Shown piece after piece: positions 1 to 11,053 of a DNA stretch of 64,000 nt; within the stretch, counting starts at the first letter, position 1; each line of letters starts with the position of its first letter. This DNA is from Sminthopsis crassicaudata. Its lineage: Eukaryota. The position numbers were made by a program, and so were the translations under genes. The stretch is taken from NCBI RefSeq assembly GCF_048593235.1, contig NC_133617.1:71570937-71634936 (forward strand). Reading direction: 5' to 3'. Below the pieces are notes generated by a model, which was not told the DNA's origin, did no database searches, and saw only the letters and a program-made list of their open reading frames with translations.

Positions 1-669
1 CGATACTGAATTCTGAATACTAAGTTGATCCTCCTTTACCTTTATGCCCTCTGACCTGTGGAGGTAGGGGAAAGCATACACAGACAGGTAAACACTCATA
101 GAAGTGAATTTGAGAAGTGTATACAAAGTAAGAACTGCATGTGCTTCGAAGGCAAGCGTTATTACCAACCGGGGTGAATGGGGGAAGTCTTCATGGGAAT
201 TGTATCTGAATTGGGCTAAAAATTCAAAATGTTAAAAGAGGAAGAACATTCCATGCAGAAAGACGCAGCCAATAGAAAGAATATAAAGGATAGTCCAATT
301 TGATTGGAAGGAAAACTATGACATGAAGTTGGAAAGGAAGGGCAGAAATTAGAATGTGTAGAGCCTTGAATGCCATTTTTGTTATATTGAGCAAAGTAAC
401 ATGATCAGCTCTATGCCTAAGGACTTCTGCTATTGGTATAAAGAATTGGAGGAAAAGAGAGAAGGTAGGAAGGAAGTAGTGATGTCAGAGGGGACCAGGT
501 TGAGGGGAAGATAATTAGTAGTTTGGGACATGTTGAGTTTGAGGTTACTCAGGGATCAGTCAAGGAAGATGATATGTGAGCCACTGGCTGAGGTTTAGAA
601 CACAGAAAAGTCAGAAAGGAGAGAGAGAATTATTTAGAGATATCTGAAACATTAAGTGAAATGGTTGCA

Positions 670-1470
670 TCATATCAATGAGATGGGCTATGTTAGCAGA
701 AAAAAATAACATGTTGGGGGGATGTGGAAAAAAGTGAGACACTAATGTGCTGTTAGTGGAGTTATGAACTGATCCAACCATTCTGGAGAGTAATTTAGAA
801 CTATTTATATAGCTATATTCATCACTAATAGGTCCAATCTCAAAGAAGTTGAAAACAAAGGAAAAGGATCAATTTATACAATAATATTAAAGTAACTCTT
901 TTGATGGTGGCCAAAAATTGGAAATTGAGAAGGTATCCATTAATTAAGGAATGGCTGAACAAATTGTGATAAGATTGTGATGGAATACTATGGTATTATA
1001 AAAAATTGACAAGCAGGATGTTTTAAGAAAAACCTGAAAAGACTTATATGAACTGATGTCAAAGTGAAGGAAGCAGTACCAGGAGAATATTATATAGAGT
1101 AATTATATAGAATACTATTATATGATGATATAAGTGATTATCCATTCTCAGAAATACAATGATCCTAGACAATTCCAAAGGAATGTTGAAAAATGCTATC
1201 TACTTTTAAAGAAAAAAATTGATGGAAGCTGATTACAGATCAAAGCATATTTTTTAATGTGTGTGTGTGTAATATCTGGGGGTTTTCTCACAACTTGACT
1301 CATATGGAAATGGAAAGGATTTTGCATGATTGCATCTGTATACTATATATAAAATTGCTTGCCTTCTTAGGGACAAAGGAAGGGAAAGAGGATAAGAATT
1401 TGGAACCCAACATTTGAAAAAAAAATTAGAAATTAATGTATTTTAATTTGTTTAAAAATAAAAGAATATG
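670..1470 (+). mobile_element. Old LINE-1 3' fragment (ORF2 end/3' UTR)
   Basis: Degenerate similarity to the L1 ORF2 C-terminal segment (cattctggagag...tggaatactatg). Boundaries are approximate. Confidence 0.6.
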
Positions 1471-1586
1471 ATGCCTAAGGGAGAAATATGAGAGTCAAGG
1501 CAGAAAATACCTGGCATAAGAGGTCAGAAAGTAGATAAAGAGACAAAAGGAGTGGTTAGATGTTGTATATCTAAAGTTAGGTAAAG

Positions 1587-1815
1587 GCAGCTAAGTGCTA
1601 TAGTGGATAGAACACTGGGCCTGATGCCAGGAAAATCTGAATTCAACTCTAACCTCAAGACACGATGATTGTGGGCAAGTAATTTGACCCTGTTTGCTTC
1701 AGTTTCTTCATCTGTAAAATAAGTTGGAAAAGGAATGTCAAACCATTCCAGTATCTTTGCCAAGAAAACTCAAATGGAACCATAGAAAGTTTCACAAGAC
1801 TAAATGACTGAACAG
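1587..1815 (+). mobile_element. MIR/MAR1-type core SINE
   Basis: Contains gcagctaagtgctatagtggatagaac and cagtttcttcatctgtaaaat, with a MAR-type tail. Similar decayed copies lie near 3770, 4690, 19480, 32020, 33500, 52020, 62800 and 63280. Confidence 0.7.
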
Positions 1816-4800
1816 GAAGAGAGATAGGAGGAGAAACAGAAGAGTTGTGTTTCTGGATCCAAAATAGAAGAGTGTATTGAGAAGGAAAAGATTAACCACA
1901 CAAGGTCAAATACTGCAGGAAAGTCCAGAAAGATGAAGACTGGGAAAAGGTCCTTGGATTTTGATGAGTAGAGTTACTGCTGACCTTAGGGAGAGTAATT
2001 TCTGAGAAGGGGCAGAAGCCTACTTGAAAGGGCTTAAGGAGAAAATGGTTAGTGAGGAGGTGAAGGCATTGGGTGGAGAGGTTTTTTTTTTTTGGTTTGT
2101 TTGTTTTGGTTTTTTTTTAAACCAAGAAGAGGACACAAAAGCTGGCTGGGAAGTCCAGAGATGCCATGTTAGAATAGGAAAGGTGTGAGCTTGTCTTCAG
2201 GCAAATGGAAGGAGCCAATGAAGAAAAGATTCAAGATGCTGAGAGGGAGGGGGGAGCGATCAAGCATAAGGAAGCTAGAGGAAATGGCAATGAAGGCTTA
2301 CAAGAACCCATCTCTGATCAGATGGCAGGAAAAGAGTGATGATACTGAGAAGTTTTATGGAACAGAGGAGAAGAGTTGAATTAGTCTGATGACCTCAGAG
2401 AAGTAGGATTCTAAGCATGGACTATAATTCTAGGGGACCTGGGAGGCACTGGAAGGTTCCTGGACCTCCTCTTCCTTCTCCCAAGACTCTCTTTTCTCTT
2501 GGGAACCTGTGCTCTATCAGTTAGCTTTGAACTGATGTTGTCCAGAACTCGGCCACCATGCCATTTTGTATGTACACTCTTGTTTCCAATTCTGGCTCTC
2601 TCTGTTGTTCTGTTGTCTTGTCTTATCAGAATAGATGTGAGGGCAGGGACTGTTTTGTTTGCTTATATTTGTATCTTGAATGTTTAACACAGTGCCGGGT
2701 GAATAATAAGCACTTAATTTTTTTTTTTTTTTTTTTCCTTCGAGGTGAGAGAAGAAAGGAAAAGGTTTAGATCAGTTATGGGGAAAGAATCAGGGAATCT
2801 ACGGAAAAGCTGAGAGAAGATGGTGAGAATCAACATTGTGATGTGGTAGCCAAAAACACTAGTGATATCTTGGGTTATTTAACTTTCAAGAAGGAGATGA
2901 GGATAATCCCCCATACACTTCCCTCCTCAGAGCTTACCAGGACATTTGTATGGACTTTGGGGTGCTCTTATTGTAGAAATGTCTGGAGGGTAAAGGCAGT
3001 AAAGGACCTTTAATCCCTCTCATAGGAGGATCATGTATATCTTGGAGAAAAAGCCTGGGGTGACAACCAGGGAAGGGACATAACTTTTTTGAAGCACTTG
3101 TGGAAAGAGGGATTGGGCTTGTTCTATGGGACATCAGAAGGCGGAACCCATGGGCAGACTTCTGGTATAAAGTGGCACATTGAAGCTTGAAGTCAGGAAA
3201 ACACTTCCGACAATTAGAGCAGTTTAAAACCAGAATTGATGGGGGCTTCCTCCCCCCTGAAGATCTTTAAGCAGATGACCCCTTGGTGGGTGTGTTCTGG
3301 TCGGGGTTTCTTTGTGCTATGGGTTGGACCAGATGCAGGAGCCTTGCTGCTCTCCAGGCACATCAATAAAAAGAGAGGAGAAGGATCTCTGAGCAGCAAC
3401 GGCCTTCAGTGAGGTCCCAGTCCTGGATTTGGAAGGAGAAATCACCTCTGTTATTTTCTCCTGTGAAAATAGCCTCTGGGTAGGAATGTGAGATCTGGAT
3501 GGTGGCAGTTACCCCAGGAATGAGGATTAGCCAGTTAGGAATGCTTGAAGGTGGGGGTTGGGATGGGGGTAACCATGAGTAAAACATTAAATTGGCAGCC
3601 CAGGGAGTCAAGGCTGAGAAAGGAGGGGAGGCTAGAGTGGGAAAGATGAACTAGAAGTGTAAGGGACCAGAGGTCTAAAGAGCAGAAGTCACCATGAAGG
3701 TGGAGAGTGGCTTAAAATAAGAGAGAGAGGGGGGAGTAAAAATACCTCCTTTATAGACCAATTAAAAATTTATGAAAAGCCATCTGGCATAGTAGATGGA
3801 GAACTGACCTCAGGAAAAATGTTTTCAAGTCCTGCCCTTGACTTTTTCTAGTTATGTGACCTCTCAGTGCCCTAGAAAACTCCAAGGGTCCAAGTTGCAG
3901 AGAAGGTGCTAACCTGCATCCGTGGAGTAATTTCCTCATCCTGGAATCCCCTGTACTGGACAATAGTCCTTTTTCTCTTCACTATCCTTACTGTGTACAA
4001 ATAGGAAGTTGCTACTGGAAAGGGGAATCCCGAAGTTCTGAATCTTGGAGGTGATGTGTCTGGAATAAGGGGGAGAAGGAGGTTGCTGATTGGAGCTGAG
4101 GAATTGTATGGTCAGATTGGCAGAAGGGTCACTGATCTGTACAGTCAGGTGCTTATGGGGGATGGTATAAAGATAGAACATGACATATGTACAGAATTCA
4201 CTGAAAATGTGGGGAAATGTCCTGAAGGTTGGTGGATGGCAAGAATGGGGAGGAGATATAAACAGATTTCAGGAACCTCAAAACCAAAGGATGGTTGGTG
4301 GTTAAAGAATAGTCAAAATAGTGGAATTTGCCTCTTCTCTTAGTTCTGGGAGTCAAATTAAGGAGAAGATGGAATGGGAAAGTGGAGAGTAAGTAGGTTG
4401 GGATAGATGAAGACAAAGGGAGGTTATTGGAAGAGGAAAAGGAATTGAGTGGAGAAGAGAGCTATGAAGGGAGGAGGAGAACTGATTAGAATAAGAATGA
4501 TGTTTGGAGGACTTAGCTGGTTACAACTAGCAAAGAATTCTGAATTTCATGAATGTAATGCACCTACAGTCCTGCACAAAGTATGAAATTAGGGTGGAGA
4601 GGATGACCATTAGTAATAGCGTGGATAACTTTTATGTTTGGATAGCCAAAGAGTTGTTTTCCAACTTAAAAATTCTGTGATTCAGTAAGCCTGGAGGCAG
4701 AAACCCTGAGTTCTAATACTGCCACTGCTGCTTATCTCCTTGCTTTTGGGTAAGTCACCTATATTAGCTTGGTTTCTGAGTCTCCTCTAGCAGCAAAATG

Positions 4801-4907
4801 CTGAGTTTTATCTCCCAAATCCCTTCCTGCACCAAATTCTCACCAAATTCCCACCTCTGGGAGTTTTTATCTAGGAGGGAACTCGTTGTGATACTAGGAG
4901 AACCCCG

Positions 4908-4908
<1 letters not shown>

Positions 4909-4958
<50 letters not shown>
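4909..4958. repeat. (CA)25 microsatellite
   Basis: Direct read. Confidence 0.97.
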
Positions 4959-4960
<2 letters not shown>

Positions 4961-5515
4961 ATGGCCTTGGGGAGTTAATGTGCTGCCTCTGAGTCTGAAA
5001 TGGCATTTGGAATCCTGCTGCCCTTCTGATGGGTCGCCAGGCTCTCACCCTCACCGGGGTATTCCATGAGTGGGCGTCCCGGCAGAGGAAAATCCAGGTG
5101 GAGGCACAGTGAGTGGAAAATAGGGAGGAGGAAAGGAGCAGAAGTCCAGGGAGATAAGGTCAGAAGAGCAGGTTTGGACCTTTAAGGAGAATTTTCAGTA
5201 CTTTGTCCGTGGTACCCCAAGCAGCTTGTTGGACTGGAATCCAAATGTGGGGCTCTGAAAGGTGTGCACTTAGGGTGCAATGCTGTGCACTGTGGCTAGC
5301 TGTACTGGTCATCCTGCCTCCCTCTTCCCACCCACACACTCAGCACTTCCCACGGACCAAACACTATGAGTTCCCAAACCCGACAAGGGACTCACAGAGT
5401 AGACATTTTTATTAAATTCTATAGAGTGAATTGATTGTCAGATGTCAGAGGGGAGCTTTTCCTCCGGGAGGAGGGTGCCTTGGGGCTCCCTCCCCTTCCC
5501 CCACCGCCCGCTCCC

Positions 5516-5541
5516 CTTATCTCCCCTTAGGGCCCCGCCCC
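5516..5541 (+). promoter_or_regulatory. EPOR proximal promoter: GATA site plus Sp1 GC-box
   Basis: CTTATCT at 5516-5522 and GGCCCCGCCCC at 5531-5541, about 230 bp upstream of the ATG. This is the GATA1+Sp1 arrangement known for the TATA-less eutherian EPOR promoter. Confidence 0.75.
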
Positions 5542-5770
5542 CTGTCACTGCCCGCCACTTCTCCCAGGCCCTCCAAAAGCACAGAACCCACTTCTGCCAG
5601 CTGTGTCCGGTGGCTGCAGCTGCTGCTCCAGCTGTGGCCTCTGGCAGAAACTTTCCTGCATCCCCCTCCTCCTCCAAGGAGGTAGAGACAGAAGAAAGAA
5701 TAGCCCCCCCCCCTCAAATTCTGAGAGGAGCTGAGGGGAGATGGCCAGCCAGGCCCGGGGGGCCAGAGCC

Positions 5771-8700
5771 ATGGAAAGACCCGGGCCCCCCCACTGGCCT
5801 GGCATCGGGTCCCTCTGCGTTCTGCTCAGTGCAGGGGCCGCCTGGGCAGCCCCTGCGCCCCACTGGGAACTGAAGCCTGAGCCAGGACTGGAAGGACCCT
5901 TGTTTGAGAGCAAAGGTAAGCCCTGGCGCTGCCCGCAGTCTCCTTCCCTCCTGGATGGGTGGCACTGGGAAGCCTGAGACCAGGACCCCGGCCGTGCCCT
6001 CCCCTGCCCCCAGCCTGGCAGAACTGGGCAGGCTCTCCGGGAGAAGCCTTAGTCTTCTTAAGTGGGGAAAGGGGTGAGGAGGCCAGGAGGGGAATCTGTA
6101 AACAGTGAGTGCATGTCTTCTGGATGGGCGTGCCCTGTTCCCGGGGCCCTTTCTTCAGCTCTGCTGTTGGCCTTATCTGGCTGGAAAGGGAGCCTGTGGG
6201 CCCCGATAGGACCTTCCTGCCTCCTCCCCCTCCAAGAATCAGTTTGGGGGCTTTCTAGGAGGTTGTGCCGGCCAAGCCCTGGCCTGCAGTCCCAGCTCCA
6301 GGGGGGTTCCGTGCCAGCCCAGTCCGTGTTCTTCCCAGAGCAAGCTCCCCTTGTGAAAAGTGGGAGATAAGAACCCTCTCACTCACTCTCCAGAGTGAGC
6401 CTTCCTGTCATGCGGCCACAAGCCCAAAGTCTGGGGGTTGCGGGTTGGGAGAGGGGAACCTTGCTCTTTATTGGGAGGTGCTCCACCCCCTCGTGCCTCA
6501 GTTTCTCCCCGCGCACTATCTCCAAGCTCCTTCCGCTTGGTGTGATTGTATTTTGGGATTGGGGGGAGTGAGGGGTACCAAAGGGGCGGGCTCTTGGCAG
6601 AAAGGCCGTTGCTTGGGGAGCAGTTCTTAGGCTTAGCCCTCCCTTTGTGCCCAGACTCAGAAAAAGGGCAAGGACAGAGGGTGGAGTCAGAGGTCCGGCG
6701 GGCCGGACAGGCACTGGGAACCTAGGAAATAAGCCTGGGCTCTGCCATGAAGCGTGGGGGTGGGGTGGAGCTTGTACCTTCTGGGGCTCAGAGCCCGGGA
6801 GAGGGTCCCGGGGGGCAGGAGCTCTACCTCTGCTGCTGTTTACAGCTTCCCAGATGTAGGAAGGAAGGTCTGCTGTCATAGTGACTGGGGGACGGTGCTT
6901 GTTTCTGATGGGGGGGAAGATGGAGGGAGGGGGAACAGGTTCTTCCATTCAGCCTTCCTTATCAGCCTGGACACATGGCGTGTGGAGGAGGGGGGCGGCT
7001 GAATGAGACACAGAGGGGCGCTTGGGGCTAAGTGAGTCAGGATGATGGGGGGAGAAGCTCCCATATGCAGCAACTGTAGGGTTTGAGGGGCTGCCATCAA
7101 TTAATCAACTAATCAAAACCATCTCCCGGGGACCACAGGCTGTGCTAATCGCGGGGGTTTGCAAGAACAGCCCAGCTACCCAGAAAATAACACGTGCACA
7201 CAGGACCACATCCATAGGTAGCCCAAAGCTGCGCGCTGATCGCCTCTCAGATTCTAAATTACTACCGTGTTCATTCACGGCATCCTGAGTTCTAGAGAAA
7301 TCCAGAGTTTATTGATAAGTTACCATAGGATGAATTAAAGAGTGATCCTACCAGCACAAGACTTGCATAGTCACCACTATATTTTTAACTGTGAGACATC
7401 ACCGCCAAGGTCACCTTCAATTACAGATGACTTTTTAATTCCCGGTTTCCACAGTTCTCACAAAGTGTCAAGCACAGTCTCTTAAGCATTTTCATCATCC
7501 TCTTCACAAGATAACGGTTGAAATAATTCCATCAGGAAAGCTTTCTTCGTCCTCTTTCTGGCTTCTCTAGCTTCTGTCCAGTGATGACCATAAAAGTCTC
7601 TTCCGCTTTTACAAAAGTCATCACTCTGAATGCTCTTTCCTCCCAGTTCAAATGTCAACTTCCACAAAATGTGATTTTGGCCCTTAAACTCCTGTCACCC
7701 TCTGCGGGGAGAGGTTTGGGACGACAGGGACAGCAAGACAGAAACAAGTACAGCGTAGCTTGGGGAGGGAAGAAGAGATTTTTGCAGAAAGTGTAGCCTT
7801 GCAGGGAACCAGGGGAAACTCAGGAGAGAAAGGAGGGGTCCCTGCACCAGGGACGGCAATGCAGAGGCGGGGAGACAGAGCTGATGAGTCAGATAAGAGT
7901 GTCATGTGTGAGGAACAGAAAGGAGGTCAAAGGGACGGTCAGCTAAGGCCCCTCTGGGAGGGGGCAGGGGGGGGGTAAAAAGGCTGGAGAGTCATTTAGA
8001 GGTGAGTGGGAAACTGCTCTAAGTGCTGGCGTGTGTATTTGTTCTTAAAACAAAAGCTACAAGAAGCCCCGGGAGTGTACTGAGGGGTCGAGAAGCCACC
8101 TGAACTTTGGGAGGATCAGAATGTGGGGTTTGCATTTCAAGGGGAGGCAGGGAGATTGTCGGGGCCATGGGCTTGACATCGAGGACACAGAAAACTTGCT
8201 GGGTGGGAATGGAAAAGGCCCAGGCCCACTCCCTCCTTTGGCCAGCCTCGCAGCTCTTCCCTTGTTCCCCCTTGCAGTTACTCTGTTGTTGGCTGAAGAG
8301 AAGGAGAAGCCCATATGTTTCACCCAGAGACTGGAGGACCTGGTCTGCTTCTGGGAAGAGATGGCCAGCCCGGGGCCCAGGAACTACAGCTTCTTCTACC
8401 ACTTAGAGTGAGGGCCAGCATGGGTTTTGTCCGTCCCATTCCCACCCTTTCCTCCCTAACGGGGTGGTCGGAGGGCGAAGAGGGGGTAGGGGATGCTGCT
8501 CCCCCCTTGGTGACTACAGTGTCCCTCCTGCGTCTAACAGGGAGGAATTATGGAAACCCTGTGTGCTCAAGGTGGGCTGGACAGGCAGGGGCACCGTGCG
8601 CTACACCTGCCCGTTCCCTCTGTCGGACGCCTCCAGCTTCATCCCCCTGGAGCTGAAGGTCACAGCCACCCCCAACGGCACAGAGCTCCGCCGGACCATC

Positions 8701-10456
8701 TATATCAATGAAGTAGGTATGGCTTGCAGCGGGCCCCGGCCCCGTGCCCGAAGGACCACACATCTGGCTCTTTGGCCCCCTCCCTGCTTCTGGTTCCCAG
8801 GGAGGGCCGGCTCCATCTGCCAACAACTGGACCTTTGGATTCCCTATGTCTCATGCTCCTTACTCTGTGCCCCCCAGTATTTCTGGATCCACCCTCCGGC
8901 TTAACGGTGCAGCAGACAGAGACCCCCCGCCAGGTGGCCCTTCACTGGCTCCCACCCCCGATGGCCCAGGTGACCAAAGACATCCACTATGAGGTCAAGT
9001 ACTCAGAAGCAGCTGGCACCATGGAGCAGAGGGTGAGAGCCCGTCCCCAGCCGTCCAGCCCCTGCCCGTTCCCCTGCCCACCCTCCTCAAGGCTTTGTCC
9101 CTGTCCCGCAGATGGACATTCGGGAAGGCAGGACAGGGTGTGTTATTGCCAACCTCCGTGGGCACACTCGCTACACCTTTGCAGTCAGGGCAAAGATGGC
9201 AGAGCCCAGCTACAGTGGCTACTGGAGCTCCTGGTCCCAGCCGGTCACAGTGCTGATTGCTAGTGGTGAGCCAAGAGGGAGGAGGGAACAGGGAGGCCTC
9301 AGCGGGTGGCCAGGGAGGAGTGAAGAGGACACTGGCCTCATCCTCCTCCTCCTTCCCTGCCCAGAACTGGACCCCCTGATCCTGGGCATGTCTGTGATAC
9401 TGACACTCATTCTGCTCCTGCTGGTCCTTGGGGGCCTCCTCTCACAACGCAGGTAAGCCCCGTCCCTGCTCTCCCCTGGCCCTGGCCTCTGCAACCTTGG
9501 GGAAGCCCTTTAACCCTCAGGTTTTTGTTTTTTCTCTGCAGAATGAGGGGACCGCTCCCCAGGGCCTCTAGAGTGGGCCCAGACAGGCCCCTGCAGCTTT
9601 TTTTGCCTCCCTCCCCCAGGTTTCTGAAGCAGAAGCTTTGGCCGGGCATCCCGAGCCCGGAGCACGGGTTCCAGGACCTCTTTACCATCCACAGAGGCAA
9701 CTTCCAGGTAGGTGGCGAAGCCTGGGCCAGGCTGTGCTCTCTCCCAGGGAGACCCAAGGCTGCTGGGCTAGGGCTGTCCCATGGCCAGGCCCCCAGGGAC
9801 TCCCTGGGCTAAGGTGGGTGTTGTCATTGCAGCTATGGCTGGAAGAGAGCAACGCCTGCCTGTGGTGGGGGCCGCTCGGCGCCTACCTGGAGAAGCCACC
9901 AGCCAGGCTGGAAGTCCTCTCCGAACACTGCCGGGAGGCCGAGCCAGCCCGGGAGGAGGAGCCCCTGCTGGGGCCAGAGGCCCGCTGGCTGGCCCAGGGA
10001 GCCAAGGACGACTACCTCGTGCTGGACACAAAGCTGCAGCCCCACAGTCCGGCTGCTGGGCCCCCGGGCAGGGGCCCCTGGGGCCTTCGAACCTCAGACG
10101 GCGGGGCCCCAGGGGAGCCAGCCGGGGAAGCAAGTGCCAGGTCCGGGGCCTTGGTCCTCGAATCGGAGCAGCAAGAACGGGCGTCAGCCTCTAACTTTGA
10201 GTACACCGTCCTGGATGCTGGCTCTCAGCTGCTCTGCCCTCGAGTCTCCCCGCCCGCCCCACCCCCAAGTCCCCCTGACCTCAAGTACCTCTATCTGGTG
10301 GTCTCAGACTCTGGCATCTCAGCAGATTACAGCTCAGGAACCTCCCAGGGCACCCCTGGCAGCTCACCTGAGGGCCCCTACACCAACCTGTATGAGAACA
10401 GCCTCCTCCAGCCAGGCCCCGAGCCTCTGCCCCCAAGCTACGTGACTTGTTCCTAG
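5771..10456 (+). CDS. EPOR: Erythropoietin receptor, 8 coding exons, 519 aa
   Basis: Exons 5771-5915, 8278-8407, 8541-8716, 8878-9032, 9112-9265, 9365-9452, 9620-9707, 9833-10456. All are GT-AG with consistent phases (1560 nt). The product has a signal peptide, four conserved Cys ([16 protein letters not shown] ... KPC ... YTC), WSSWS, a TM helix, box1 LWPGIPSP, and tail motifs [43 protein letters not shown]. Confidence 0.97.
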
Positions 10457-10679
10457 GGGGTGCCTCCCCTCCAGGCGGATCTGCGGGGACCAGGGCTGGC
10501 GCTCTCCTGGGGAGGGAGAGGAAGGGGGCTGAGTGCACTCTCCCCCCTTCCTTCCTGCTCCTTCCAAAAGGCCCAGGCTGAGGGGTGGCTGCAGGGCATG
10601 GTGGCCTCTGAGATGGAGGAGGAGAGGGAAAATCACTATCCACAAGCTCTTCTTTACCCTTTTAGATATATATTTTTGT

Positions 10680-10691
10680 AATAAATTTATT
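10680..10691. terminator. Back-to-back polyadenylation signals (EPOR + / SWSAP1 -)
   Basis: AATAAA on + at 10680-10685 is immediately followed by AATAAA on - at 10691-10686, between the two convergent stop codons. Confidence 0.75.
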
Positions 10692-11053
10692 TTCTTTCCA
10701 CGTGAGTTTTATCTTCTGAAGAGAAATGTAAATGAGAGGGGTCAGCCCTCCTTTCCTCTCCCCGGCCCCTTCCACTGCCCAAGCTCCAGAGCTCCGTCCC
10801 CAGCCCTGGCCACAGCACCGGGCAGGGAGAAGCCGTACAGAGCATGGCATGGTGGCCCCTCCTCACCTCCTGGGCCCGGCCTAGAAAGCTTTATCATCAG
10901 AGAGTGTAACAGTGCTCTGCCCCCCAGTGGAGAGAGGGGCCAGACCCACGCCAGGCCTTCCCCACCTCCAGCAGCCGCACTCAGACACAAAGGCCATGTG
11001 GCGGGGAAGAGGCGACGTCCTGAGAGGCTGCCCCTGTCCCCAGGCCGATATCC

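Noticed and set aside
1-5430. RGL3 exons expected upstream of EPOR from human synteny; overlapping AATAAA(-)/ATTAAA(+) at 5408-5416
   Set aside because: No RGL3-like peptide appears in any frame and the region is mostly L1/L2/L3/MIR remnants. The hexamers cannot be tied to a transcript.
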